DNA from: Amphiscolops sp. MND2022
Lineage: Eukaryota
Reading direction: 5' to 3'
DNA: 64,000 nucleotides
NCBI GenBank assembly: GCA_964187785.1
Contig: OZ076409.1
Location: forward strand, 53,322,001-53,386,000
Shown here: piece after piece, positions 13,707-26,612 of the stretch
Layout of the letters: every line of letters starts with the position of its first letter
How positions within the stretch are numbered: position 1 is the first letter of the stretch
Notes under the pieces: generated by a model
Database searches by the model: none
What the model saw: the letters and a program-made list of their open reading frames with translations, nothing else
Told to the model about the DNA's origin: nothing
Made by a program: the position numbers and the translations under genes

Positions 13707-14827
13707 AACAAGACGGGAACGTCTAAAGTCGGCGCTATATCTAAGGCTCAAAAGCGCAAAAGACATTTTTTAATTAAAAAACTTGAAATTTTCGATTTTT
13801 TTCTTTCAAAAAATGTCGCATAGTGCCGAAAATTGTAAAAGGGGGACCCTTTGAGCTTTATTAACATATATTCTGTCGCAAAATATCAAAAAACTCGAAA
13901 GGGGGACTCTTTTGAGACATTAAAAAATTTTCAAAAAAGTCGCACAGTACCGAAAAAAATTGAAAAGGGGGACCCTTTAGTCTCTTCTGGTTTTGTAGGT
14001 TACGTAAAAAAGGTTAAAAATGAAAGAGGGGGACCCTTTGCACTAAGTTTGCATTGGCGGGACTTGGCCTGAGTAGTTTTATCAGTTTCTGTAAAAAGTG
14101 GTACATACGCGATGAGGTCTGTGGTCTGACGAAAAAAAAAAGAAAAACAAGACGGGAACGTCTAAACTCGCCGCTATATCTAAGGCTCAAAAAGCGCAGA
14201 GTTTTCTAAATATGCCCAGGATGTTTTCATGAAAAGCTTTGAAAACACTTTCGAGACACCCAAAGTGTGCCTTTCATGCTCGATATGACTGGAAAATCAC
14301 TTTTCCCGACTGGAAACAAAAAAATTTTGAAAATTTTTTGGAAAAATTTTTTTGGAAAATTTTTTTTTGAAAAAAAACCTCGAAAACGTCGAATAGTGCC
14401 GAAAAATGAAAAGGGGGACCCTTTGAGCTTTATTAACATATATTCTGTTGCAAAATATCAGAAAACTCGAAAGGGGGACTCTTTTGAGACATTAAAAAAT
14501 TTTCAAAAAAGTCGCACAGTGCCGAAAAAAAATTGAAAGGGGGGACCCTTTGGAGTCTCCCGGTTTTGTAGGTTACGTAAAAAAGGTAAAAAACGAAAGG
14601 GGGGACCCTTTGCAGTAAGTTTGCATTGGTGGAACTTGGCCTGAGTGAACTTATCAGTTTCTGTAAAAAGTGGTACATACGCGATGAGCTCTGTGGTCTG
14701 ACGAAAAAAGAAAAAAAAACTAGCCACAGTAATAGTCGGGCTTTTTTCCTTAAAGGAAAAGGCGCCGACTAAAAACTAGCCACTGTAAGAGTCGGGCACT
14801 TTTCACTAGAAAAGCGCCGACTAAAAA
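13707..14827 (-). mobile_element. Two HINE/DINE-1-like elements, one (14146-14773) nested in the other
   Basis: Two AACAAGACGGGAACGTCTAAA ends (13707, 14146) and two GCGCCGACTAAAAA ends (~14775, 14827). The inner copy sits in the A-tract of the outer copy. Confidence 0.85.
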
Positions 14828-15283
14828 CAGCATCGATTGGTTTTCAATAAGTACTGTGCTGAGTATGGTATTTTATCATTACTCGTCTATTATTATTATT
14901 ACTATATTGTGCTATTGCTATTCTAGTATTGTCCCTGGTTGAAACTGCTCGAACTTTATACACGTGAACTAATTTTTTCTAAATTACAAAAGGCACTTAA
15001 CTGAGAATCTGTCGCGTGAAGACAAAGTGAACACGGCGGTGAAGAAGATGAAATGTTTTCAGTCTTAATTGAAATAGTGGAAGCTGTTTTGCAACCCTAC
15101 AAAAAAATTCCATGCATGATCATTGAGTTTTCCATGTTTTTTTTCAAAAAATAGCCTGCATGTTTTCATGCAGCATACAAAAAGTTCAAGCAGTCTCGAC
15201 TAGGGCAGTCTCATTATAGATTTTTCAAAGTAACGTCATATCTAGCGAGCTATTTGACTAAAGGTAATTTCATAACGTACTTA

Positions 15284-16796
15284 TAGTACGTTCCGAGAAC
15301 TTCAATCAATTAGAGCGTAGAAAACCTGAAATGAACGTCAAAAAAGCGTAAAACATTCGAAAAGGAGATTGCAAGCATGAACAAGCCGGGAACGGCCCAA
15401 GTCGGCGCCATATCTAAGGCTCAAAAATAACAAAAGTACTTCAAAGTGTCAAGTATTCTCTTCTACAGTACCCGTTGGAGGCAAAATTGAAAAAAATCCG
15501 ATTTTTTTGAAATTTTTTTGAAATCCGATTTTTTTTGAAAAATCAGATTTTTTGAAAAAATTTTGGTCATGGCGGGACTCGAACCCATGTCATTCTGCTT
15601 GTCAGACCTCGAAAAAGCCGTAGTGGCTAAGTGGCAGTGAAGTAGTGTGACACAGTTTAGTTAGTGCCGGTTTAGTGCCAACTTATAAAATTTATAAAAT
15701 CTGTCAGTTCGTTGGTCTTTAAAAAAAGTCACTACTATAGTCTGCGTTTTTCTTCGAAAAGCGCCGACTAAAAAAGGAAACCGTTGTAGTGACGATTTGG
15801 CAGCTGCTTCGTTTCAATTCAAAGACAACAGTTAAAACTTTTCTTTGCGTGCAATATCTCAGATCTTTGGAAAATTTTATGCAACAGTTTATGGAATTTT
15901 TTCAAGGCGAATTCAAGGTACCCGAACCGCAAAAATACAACAAGCCTGGTCCAGAAACAGCTAAAGATAGCAGGGAAATGCGTAAAATTATCAGAAGGTT
16001 GCAATTTAACCCTCAGAACACTCTCAAATTTTTGAAATTGAAACTAATTACCTCAAAAGTCGAGGGCGTCCTTACACTGAAATTTGAAAACTAAAGATTT
16101 CCATAGACGACTAGCCATTTAAGACGTTCTTACGAATTTGCAAAAGAAAAAAAGTACACTAAGTAAAAACATTTTTTTCACTGGCCTCGGCTTAATTTTT
16201 GGGTCGAGTGTTTCTTCCAGCTTAGGAAAACGTCAAAAAGACGAAACTTTATATTAATAGACAAAATGGGCGAGATGAAAAAAGGAAAAAAGCTATTAAA
16301 CTTGCAGGAGTACAAATTCAGGTTTTAATCACAGGCTGGGGTTGCCTTCCTGGTTAGGGTTTTTGTTTTTTGGAACTTTTCGAAGTCAATATTGCCAACT
16401 TTTGAATCCCAAGTATCGAAATTATGTATCCATTCGGTAAAAGATTTGTATTCCAGCACGACAACGCTCCTCCCCACACAGCCCAAATATCAAAGACATG
16501 GTTTCAGCGAAAAGTATTCAAACAATCGATTGCCCTCCCTACATCCCCGATTTGTATCCAATCGAAAATGTTTGGGAATTTTCGAAGAAAAAATTGGCTC
16601 CTGACTGTCCCAATACCCCAACAGAACTGACTACGTATCTGCATAGATGGTGGTGTGAATTAGAAAATTTTTATACAGCCACTTGTTTACTGAATGATAT
16701 GAAGATGCGAGCGGTAATGTGATAAAAACTCCGGCGTTCGTGAATAAATTGTTCGTTCAATGCTTGTTAGTTGATTGAAGTTCTTGAAACGTACTA
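15284..16796 (+). mobile_element. Degenerate Tc1/mariner transposon with TA target duplication
   Basis: TIR TAGTACGTTCCGAGAACTTCAATCAA vs TTGATTGAAGTTCTTGAAACGTACTA, flanked by TA on both sides. Frameshifted transposase motifs FVFQHDNAPPHTA and PPYIPDLYPIENVW. Confidence 0.9.
15380..15775 (-). mobile_element. HINE/DINE-1-like element inserted in the Tc1 element
   Basis: AACAAGCCGGGAACGGCCCAAGTCGGCGCC ... AAAAGCGCCGACTAAAAA termini. Confidence 0.8.
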
Positions 16797-17405
16797 TACT
16801 TGAGAAACTTACGCGTGAAGACAAAGTGATCGCAGCGGTGGAGAAGTGGGAATGTTTTCTATTTTAATTGAAGCAGTGGAAGCTGCATTGTAATCCTACA
16901 AAATTTCTCCATGCGTGCTCTCAGTATTTTTTATGTTTATCAAAAATTTAGAATGCATGCATGGATGCAACATGAAGAACTTTCTGGCAGGTTCGACTTG
17001 GGATTCTATTGTTCTAACATTGCTTAGACAAAAGCAGTTCTAAAAAACCAGCAGTACAAAAACGCCAAAATTATGAATTCATCACTCTCACACAACCCCA
17101 ACCAGTGCCAAACTCACTGAGAATAATTCCCTCCACGTGAAATCTTCTAAACGGCAATTAGAGAATCATTGAGTGAGCAGGAAAGACTAGAAAGCATTTT
17201 ATATGAACTTCTCAAGAAAAATCAACATACAGTTTGAAATGGGCGCTTTTGATTGTTCCTTATTCGTTATCTTTTTGATTACATGCACACATTTTAATTT
17301 TATGGACCTACCCGTCGAACTCTAAATCATTTTGTTAACAGCTGTCTAGATTGCCTGCTCTTGTGATGTTTTACCATTTTTCTCTTTTCAGCCGAATTCA
17401 ATCGG

Positions 17406-20400
17406 ATGAAACGACCAGATACTTTCGGAGCGAGGCGAATTTTTTTGGACGGGTTCGACAAGTGGGCTTTATTCAAGTATCACGCCCACAGAGAAGTGAA
17501 AGCGCTGACTTCCGTCATACTTTTCTTCCAGTCTGTATTTTTGCTTTTCTTCATTGCTGTCTTTCTCGGAACCAACTTCACTCGATTAAAACTCAGGGAT
17601 GATGTTCCGAATGCAATTGACACAGGTAAACTGAAAAACAGGTTTTTTATGCAATGCTTTGTTTAGGACTTATTAGTAGTCAAGTATGGTAGTAATGTGT
17701 CCGAAGTAGTAAGAGAGCGCTCTGAGAGCACACGTGCCCGAGTCTCGGCTCTTACTCCGAGGGCATCAAACAGCAATTCTCTAACCTACTTAAAGCTCAT
17801 ACGGCTTATTAGAACAACGCTCTTGCCAGCGAATACCCCCTTTTTGACGGATGAACTCTAACAACTTCTGAGTATTTCGCGGTAAAAAAAACTACTTCAA
17901 ACTTTTCAAAAATTTTCTTCACTTCCTTTTCACTAGCTTTTCATACATAAGTTCTCATCTGACATTTTTCTCACATGTTTCCTTCAGAACTTTTTACCCA
18001 CCTGTTAGACAACACGCCAGCTAAGTCATGGAAGATGCCTGTAAAGTTTACAGAGAAACACTTAGCCCGTTGCATCTCCCGACAAATTTACAAGTGAAAA
18101 ATAGCTCTCATCATCAATAATGATTGTTCTAAAGATTTTAGCTGTTTCATGTTATCGATGTTGGATACTTTGTCTGCAATTATGAACAACAAAATTTGAT
18201 ATATTAAAAAACATCCAATAACTAATTTTATAGGAACAAAAATTTGAAGAATTTTAAAACCACCTTTGTTGAGGTACAGTCTTACTTGGAGAGCAAAATT
18301 ACGTTTCTGATAAGCAAAAGAATGAACTTGAATTCTACTGCAGAGCACATTCCGTAAGAATAATATGAAAACCTGCCGTTTCACATCTCCAAGAAAGATA
18401 GCGAAAGGACTGTTAGGAACTATTTTGCGGTAGATATCACATAATAACAAATGTAACAACAAGCAATGATCGGTCGCTCAGTAAGATACAAAACGGCGGA
18501 TGTACCTGCGGCAATGGAGATGTCGCACGGGGCTGGCGCCTAGTCACCACAGATCCATTTTACCTCCTTGGAGTTACGCCCGTACAAGGAGTTCTTGCGT
18601 CAAAGGAATCCCTCCCACTGGTCACGATCTTTTATTGCTGCCTGTAACGGTCATCTTGCTTTTACTTTCAGGATCACCGCTCAAATAGCCTTTAAAAACG
18701 TGCCAAAATCAAACAGTGTAATTTTCCAACTATTCAGGTAACCACTAGGCCAACGTCTGAAATTGCAAGAAGCCACACATCACAATAACACCACATTGTA
18801 ACGGGACCCTCTGATACAGCAAAATCAACCGATTTTGGAACTTTGACATGTTCAGAAATTTTGTCAAAAATTCTAATTCGATCTCTGACGTGGCACTGAG
18901 CATGTGATTCCTCTTTTCGCGGTTTCTACGAAATTGGTAGGTACGTCGACAACAAAGAGCAAGAACGAGCAAAAACAGGGGTACGACGCCATGACAGAAG
19001 CCTGAGAGCTTAGAAAACTTCTGAAAATAGACTCTTTTTGAGGAGTTAACCCCGTATTTCATTGATTTCAGTATAATACTACCCTATCTGGCAGAAACTG
19101 GTAAAATGAGTCTTTTTGCTTAATTGTCCTTGTTTGGTGCTTGAAGCCGCTGCGCCCCAGCTTGAAGCTGTGTGGTTTGCCAGTCCGATGTGGGCTTTGA
19201 TGTATTTTTGCTGGATTTAGCCGTTTGAACTAGCTCGAGCGCTAGTTTGTGCAATTTTAGATCTTATTCCCCATTTTAGATATTATTTCAGTATCAGATG
19301 GAAGATGGAAATTTACACTGTTTATCATTGGCATTGTTTTTAAAAGCTGTCTAAACGGTGGTCCGAGGCGAAGGTCCGAGACGGATGCCCGTTATTCTCA
19401 GCAGTTACAGACTGGGACCAGGCCAGAGAGCATCCTATAAAACGGTTCCCCCACCCTTGGACTGGCTCCCTTGGAGGCAAAATGAGCTAGGGCCGTGGAG
19501 ATCTAAGTCCCGGATCATATTCACAGTTCTAGTTCCTCCACCTCTTGTTTCGGTCAAACGCTTAGCGCTTATCGTTACAGTCATCTTGCTTTTACTTTCA
19601 GGATCACCGCTCAAATAGCCTTTAAAAACGTGCCAAGATCAAACAGTGTAATTTTCCAACTATTCAGGTGACCACTAGCCCAACGTCTGAAATTGCAAGA
19701 AGTAGCCGCACATCACAATAACATCACATTGAACAATAGTCACGTACATACAATACCTGTCTGTTTGCAAAATCCAATCCACATACAGCTCGGAAGCTCG
19801 GGCTCCACAGGCACAAGTTTATAATTCAGCCCAAAAGGCTATTTTTCACGAAGGTGTAAAAACTACATTTAGTAGCACCATGCTAAAGTTGTATAAAAAG
19901 CCTCAAATCGGTAATTTTAGCAGCAACTAATAAAGTCTTTTCCACAGCCTTTCAGCTTTTTCCGTCTGATCCTCCTCCGACCATCGTCTTGCAAAATGGC
20001 AGAAACAGCGATATGAGCATCTTGCCAGCACTGTGTTTTTGGATGTTTGAAGTTTCTCTAATGGAACTCGAAGGCTCCCCTGCACCGTTCTGAGTCAAGA
20101 TGTTTCCCCCAGCACCAGTAAAACTTCAGTTTGCAGCAGTCTTTTTCAATGATTCTACTGTTTAAAAAGGAAACAAACGATTGTTTCAATACTCTGCAGA
20201 CAGTTCGGCTCGAGTTAGGCACTAGGCACTGGACACTTTAGACATTGCTTTTACATAAGTTGGTGGATCTAGATCTTTAGTTTCACAGCGAGTTGTAACG
20301 ACCGGCACAGCCTTGTGCCACGTGGTTGGTTGTACGGGAACTTCAAACTATATAAAAACTTTCTGCTCTCCTGGGTAGCTTTTATGCTTCTCTAATCCCA

Positions 20401-21073
20401 ATTTGCAGCTAAAATCTCAAGAATAGTCGAAAATGACGTTGTAAAACAGTTTTTAACTTTTTGTCCCATAAAAATGACGTAGTTATTCACAAAAATAAAA
20501 TTAGAATTGAAATATTTTTTAAAATGGACAATTTATTCTCAACATAACCCGAGCTTTTTAATTGTTCTAGAACAAACACTGGATATTGGAATATTTTACT
20601 ATCAGATCTACAAAAGCAGCTTACCTCAAGGAGACCTGCTATCACAAGCAAATGCTGCCAAGTATAGTATGATGGACAAGACTACTCTGCTTGAGAAAGT
20701 GAAAAGATACAAGAAGGTCCATCACTTCATTGAGAACGCCCCGGTGGTAGCGACATTAACGATGGTGTCTTTAACAGCCTCTACTGGGCTCGTCATTCTC
20801 ATAGTTCTTTCGACAGTTCTGATAATAGGCAAACAGGGCCTACGAATAACGTTGATTTTGTTTGTTGGATCTCTGATTGAGTTTCTCATGAGTTCCATGA
20901 CATACATTCTTCTGCTCAAATCTTTAGTTGAATGTGCATTTATTGAGAAAGAGCTGGGATTCAACTATTCACTTTTCTGGTTCATGAATTCCATTGCAGC
21001 TATCTTGACTGTGTTAAATATGGTCAACGTTCTTTTGGTTCCAACAGATATCGATGAGGACGAAACTTGCTGA
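17406..21073 (+). CDS. Two-exon four-TM protein of the clarin/claudin/PMP22 superfamily (join 17406-17625, 20571-21073; ~240 aa)
   Basis: Exon 1 ends CACAG|GTAAAC (phase 1) and the acceptor TTGTTCTAG|AA at 20570 is phase 1, so the frame is restored. Protein: TM1 ..FFIAVFLGTNF, loop with DIGIFYY, two more hydrophobic helices, then GFNYSLFWF..ILTVLN before an acidic tail. Confidence 0.65.
18797..19578. mobile_element. Solo-LTR-like segment flanked by a ~155-bp direct repeat
   Basis: Begins TGTAACG, ends CGTTACA, TATA-like CTATAAAA near 19435. GTCATCTTGCTTTTACTTTCAGGATCACCGCTC... is repeated at ~18650-18797 and ~19579-19730. Confidence 0.4.
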
Positions 21074-21700
21074 CATTTGACAGTTGTAGCATGCAATATT
21101 GTCAATCATGTTGTTGCATTATTTAGGAATTTTATTACATCTGTTGAATTGTTTGATTTGATATACACACTTTTCTTTTTCCAAAAACAGAGCAGATACT
21201 GCTCATTGCCTTCAGTTTTTCTAAGTAGATGTACAGTTATGAAAGAACAGAAAATCTCTCAACATGATTAATACCCTCTCAAGTCGTAAAACGTAAACAA
21301 GTCTTGATTGAGTGAATTGGCAATCTTTTCAAAACATTTGAAATACAATTGAAAAATGAAAATGGACGGATTAATCAGATCCATTAAAAAAATAAAAAAA
21401 ACATCTTGATCGTTCTAAAAAACAGCTCTTGTTGAAAAAACGAATCTAGATGGAAATCAGTGTTATTATTCGAAAGGTCAGCAGAATCCACATTGTGAAA
21501 ACAGCTGATACAATTGCCGGCTCTTTTTTTCCTTTTCCCCCAGCACTTTCAAAGAAAAAAATTCAACATAAAGCATTATATTTGGCTATATTGTTTAATA
21601 TTTCTTCAAATAACACTTTTCCTTTGTTTTGTTGTCTCCACATGAGCTCGCACCAGTAACTGTCAACTACATTTCTAGGTTCTTAATTGTTTCTGGGGTC

Positions 21701-22256
21701 TTTTTAGTCAGCGCTTTTGAAAAAAAGTGCCCGACTCTTACAGTGGGTAGTTTTTTTAAACGCGTAAGGCCCAGTTTTTTGTTCATTCGTTTAACAACTT
21801 GAACTACGGAGGTTTAAAACACTCGAAACCTCAGAACCTTGTCCAAAACGAAAAAAAAACGACGTCCCGACCCTCGAAAACATACTAAGGATAACTCCTT
21901 TGGCGATCTTGGTGTTTTAGTTTTTTTCGGCACTATGAGACTTTTTTGAAAACTTTTGAATTGTGCCAAAGGGTCCACTCTCATTTGTTTCGCTATTTTG
22001 CAACAGAAAGGATGTCAAAAATCCCAAAGGGTCCCCCTTTTACAATATTCGGCACTGTCGCGCTGTTCAAAAATCCCAATTTTGATTTTTTTGTCGATTT
22101 TTTAAAAAGTCTCCAAAGGGTCTCCTGTGATTTTTTTCATGTTGCGACAAACTGGAGTTACAAAAAGCCCAATGAGTAACCCGTTTCACAATTTTAAAAA
22201 CTTTGCGCTTTTTGAGCCTTCGATATGCTTACGACTTTGGCCGTTCCAGGCTTGTT
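21701..22256 (+). mobile_element. HINE/DINE-1-like element
   Basis: TTTTTAGTCAGCGC...GTGCCCGACTCTTACAGTG 5' end and CGACTTTGGCCGTTCCAGGCTTGTT 3' end. Confidence 0.75.
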
Positions 22257-22390
22257 TAAAATTTCTATTGTTGCGCCTAAACCTTCTTTTTCTTTTTCTC
22301 CTAGGTAAAGAGTCATTTCAGTATTACAATGGAAACAATGGCGAGTTTTGAATAGAAGATAACGATCCTAAAGAAATTTGACAATTTCAC

Positions 22391-22890
22391 TTTTAGTAGG
22401 CGCATTTTAGTAGAAAATGAGCCCGACTAATACAGTGGAAAGCTTTTTTTCGTCAGATAACAGAATGTATGCGTAGTGGCAAGCTTCTTTTTCGTCAGAT
22501 AACAGAATGTATGCGTAGTGGACACTTTTTACAGAACTACTAAACTACTGGACCGGCAAGCGGAAACGCATCTAACTTAGTGCAAAGGGCCCCCCTTTCA
22601 TTTATTCCATTTTTAACGTAGGATCCAAAACCGGACGAGATTAAAGGGTCCCCCTTTTGAATTTTTTCGACACTGTGCAACTTGAATTTTTTGCCCCCTT
22701 CGATTTTGTTGAATTTCCCCTTCGCAATATCCGGAGTAAAGTGTTACTTTTGACGTTATATCCGAACTATTTTGCGTTTTAGTAAGGAGGCCGTGGCTCA
22801 GAAGCAGTAGTTTTCTAGGAAAATTCCTACACATATTTTTAACACTGCGCTTTCTGATATATTGCGCCGACATTACGCTAGCATACAATT
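22391..22890 (+). mobile_element. Degenerate HINE/DINE-1-like element with an internal ~43-bp duplication
   Basis: TTTTAGTAGGCGC...GCCCGACT 5' end, AAGGGTCCCCC motifs, GCGCCGAC near 22865. Confidence 0.55.
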
Positions 22891-24289
22891 TTGCGAAACT
22901 CATTGTTGCGAATCAGAATAAAACCGGAAGTGAGATGAACACATTTTAAGAAGATTTTTCAATATTAAACAAGACGCCCGCTACGCACCGGGGTATTTTC
23001 CGCCCTTTTCGCCTTCACCAACCAAGCCATAGCTATTTTGTGAAGGGGGAATAGGTTCTAAAGAATAAGATCTAAAATTTAGTTATTTTAGATCTTATTC
23101 GCTTTAGAACTTATTCCCGTCCTGAAATTTTAGATCTTATTCCCGTTAGATCTTATTGCTTTTTGACTTTAGATTTTATTCCCCACTCTAAGATATTCAG
23201 TTACTTGACTGTTTTCTATTTTAGCTACTAAAATAGTCAAGTAACTAAAAAAATAGTCAAGTAACTAAGTAAGGTTGGGATGAGATTTGGCAGAATTTGG
23301 AAAAAAAACGCATCATAGATCATGATTTTCCTCCCCCAAATTTATTTGTGGCGTCGGAAAATAAAAAAGATATTGTCTTTTGAAATTACGTGAAATGTTT
23401 CATTGGAAACTCAATGGAGAGCAAATTAAATGCTAAAACAATATTATCCAGAAACGTGTGAGGGGTTGGAAAAAAAATCCAACTTCCCTGATCCCTTACC
23501 CCTTGAGCAGTCACAATTCAAGCAAAATTATTGAGAAATCCGGGGTGAAAGTGTCCACGAAGCAAACGAACAATCCTCTGGTAATTCTCTTTTCCTAAAA
23601 ATGAATGGCCAGTTAATCTCAACTCCAGCTCGAAGTATTTTCAAATGATTATACGGTAATACGAAACACAAAAGTTTTGTTTATAATAATAACTCTAAAT
23701 GAAAATATAAATATCATTTGATTTTGGTGTGTAACTGTCGGAGTTTTTGATTGTCCGAATAATTTGGTTCGGTATTTGACACCGTATAACATGGTCAAGC
23801 AACACAGACATTAAATTACCTTATATTTCTAAACGATGTATCTTACTTTCACTTGAGAACAAAATAGTATAGTCAACACTAGCTCTAGAGTGAAAACTGC
23901 TCTGATATCAGAACCAAAATTGTTTCTTTATCGCTAAACAATTTGGCCCCTACGTTGAAGGGTCTGTTACCTGATAATCTACTGACGTTTCACCGCAATT
24001 ATTCCATTGTAGCATTGAAAACCCGAAAATTGTAGCATTTTCGACTGATCTATCTCTGACTGAACAAAAGATTCATGTTCGATCAAGAAATGAGAAAGAT
24101 ATTTTATATCGGAGACAGTGAGAGAAAGTAAGTTCAGGAGTTTTTGAAAACTCGAAACTTTACAAATATACTATCTGCTATGATGGCACGTTGGTTCAGT
24201 TGAACCTTTAATCTTGAATCTTGAGTCTGAAAAATGCGCTTCCACTTCGAAGACTTCAAAAAAAAACAAATTTTGAATTTTTCTTTAGC

Positions 24290-24589
24290 TTCTTTACATG
24301 AAGTTGCTAAGTGGGATGTGTGCTGCTTTTTATAGTTGGTTACTTTTGGTGGTGATGGTATTAACAACTTAGTAAAAAGCGGCTAAGAGACAGGCTAGGT
24401 AGCTAACTTTATTACAACTAGTTCGAGGTGGTAGAAGTAGAACAAAAGGGAAGTCAACCAAATACTGATTATTAGTTTTCTCTCTCTGAGGGAGTACAGA
24501 CTTACAGTCATTCAATAATAAATAAATGTACATTCTAGAACATTCTATAAACATCTAAATACTATTGGGTTTTAATGTAGGTCAGTACA
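24290..24589 (-). repeat. Putative 3' LTR remnant (U3) of the giant Gypsy element
   Basis: Starts TGTACTGACC right after a purine-rich tract and has TATAAAAAG at ~24326-24334 on the - strand. No matching 5' copy found. Confidence 0.45.
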
Positions 24590-25631
24590 TCCATCCCGGT
24601 TTTTAAATGAAACAAAATTTTAAAGTAGCATCATTAATAAAAATGAAGTAAAGAGAAAAAATTTTGTTTAAATGTTCTTAGCGTTTCAGCTAGTTAACAT
24701 TTTTCATTTGATGGATGATTGGCATAGGTCTCTCTAAGAGTGGTGTAAGTTCGACTCATTGGTATACCTCGAATTGTCAAAATTTTGATTGACACCTCGT
24801 AGGTGCGACTACAGTTCAAAAAGCGTCAAAGTGTTCTTTTTCACTATGCTTTCGTCGGCTTGTTTTTTGAACTGGTAGTTGCTCAATTTTTTGCCTCTGT
24901 TGAAGTCGTTGAATGAACTTCGCATTGAACAAACGTGAGCAAACATCATACGAGTTAAAGGTCAAAGAGTCATTGAAAAAATTTTGATGATAAGATTTTT
25001 TCATTGAGTGTGAAAACTGTCTGAAAAGATATCAGGTTGTGATCAACTTTGGCGGGTTTGTCATGTAACAAATGTTGAAAACTTTGAAAATTTGGGTCTG
25101 TCATTATTCGAATCTGATTTGAACAATGTGCTTGATCTATTTTTGAACTTGTTTTGTTGAAATGTTGAAAAGATTTGTGGTTAACATATTGAATTTTGGA
25201 TAGGATAGCACCGAAAAATAATAATTATTAATTATTCTTTAAAAATAAAGCAAATAAATATCGGTAAGGGTGTAAAGTAAATGATTTTGAGGGCAAATAA
25301 ATATGGGTGGGAAAGAATTTTGAAATAAATACATTGCAAGTGTTTTCGGTATGAGTTTGAACCTTTTGAATATTATCATGCACAATGTTTTTTCTTTGAG
25401 TTTCTTTTATTATTGATTATTAATCATCTTCTTCGGCTGAGAACTGGATAGCTGAAGATTGAAGATTGGAAGATGGATGAAGATGGGTCAGCTGTTGGGC
25501 GGCTGTGAAGTTGTGAAGAATGGGTGCTGAGTTGTGACCAGCAATCGTTGTGGATGTTTGGATTGGAAGATGGGTTGTCATCTGAAGAGTGCTGTTGATG
25601 TCATTTGTTGATATCGAAAAGAGACGTAAGT

Positions 25632-26207
25632 TTACGTTTTGTATGGGGAATTATCATCTAGAAATGTTTCTGGAGGGTCCTTTTGACATCCTTCATCTGT
25701 ATCATCGTTATTGTCTGAAGGCCAATAGGAATCTAGGTTTTGTTTTTCCATTTCAGAACGCATTCTGTTAGATAGATTTCGTAATAAATGTTTGGGCTTG
25801 ATGGTAGTATGCTCTGTTTGGGTAGTGGCGTCTCGTTGGGTCGAATATGTATCAGGATGCTTATGAATTTGAAGATATTGGTCAAAGTTTATTCGTGTAA
25901 TTTGGAAGATTTGAAACATATTGAGCAAAATCATTCTTGTAAGATGAGGATCTGCCTTTTGATTTGTTTTGAGCTGTGCATTTAATGTTGTTAAAGGCTT
26001 TTTCAGAATCAGGGATCGCAATCGAGCTGAAGGAATTGAGAGAAGAGGAGCAATTGGGCAGTCGATGTCACTAGAATGGAGTGTCGTCATACTGAAGAAT
26101 ATGATAAAGTTTAATGAAAATTGTAAAGGATTTCGTTGGAATTCTTTTTGGATGGACGGCTTGAGAGGAGGAAGAAATGTTGATGAAGCAGTTGTGACGG
26201 TATTCAC
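25632..26207 (-). pseudogene. Retroelement accessory ORF (191 aa, Pro/Ser/Thr-rich, acidic end), function unknown
   Basis: Same strand and A/C-rich composition as the element. Begins exactly at a CTAAT...TTTTAG|G splice-acceptor-like site. Confidence 0.5.
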
Positions 26208-26612
26208 CTAAAATAGATTAGTTTGTTTACAATAAAGTTCTTTTTAAAATAGAGTTTCATAGTTGACATTTTTTCGATGTAGTTTGTTATGTTATAACTT
26301 TTTAATTTTAAGAATTAAGTTGATGTATTTTGGAAGTCTTTTGAAGGGTATTTAAATATCTTTCGTATAAGTGCTTATTTGTTAAAATCGGTCCGTTTAA
26401 AAGAGGAGCAAATGAGGAATTTTGTTAAAAATTTTTACATCGCGATTGAAATTTTTATATTATTTTGTTTTAAAAGAGTATTTTAATATCAAACAGGTAA
26501 TATAATCATGCAAAGCAGGCATATGCGTGTAGACTCGATTAATTTTGAGAGGTTGTTAAGAGATTAGGTGATAAGTGTTAACAATTTCAAATTATTATCC
26601 CATAATTACCAG

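Larger units (their letters stand above)
15012..17000 (+). repeat. Diverged ~190-bp direct repeat (15012-15200 and 16811-17000) flanking a Tc1 element
   Basis: Both copies start CGCGTGAAGACAAAGTGA...GCGGTG.AGAAG...AATGTTTTC...TTAATTGAA..AGTGGAAGCTG. Confidence 0.75.

Noticed and set aside
13851..14727. Lys/Phe-rich ORFs (and similar ones at 21946-22351 and 47640-48640)
   Set aside because: Spurious translations of the non-autonomous HINE repeats.
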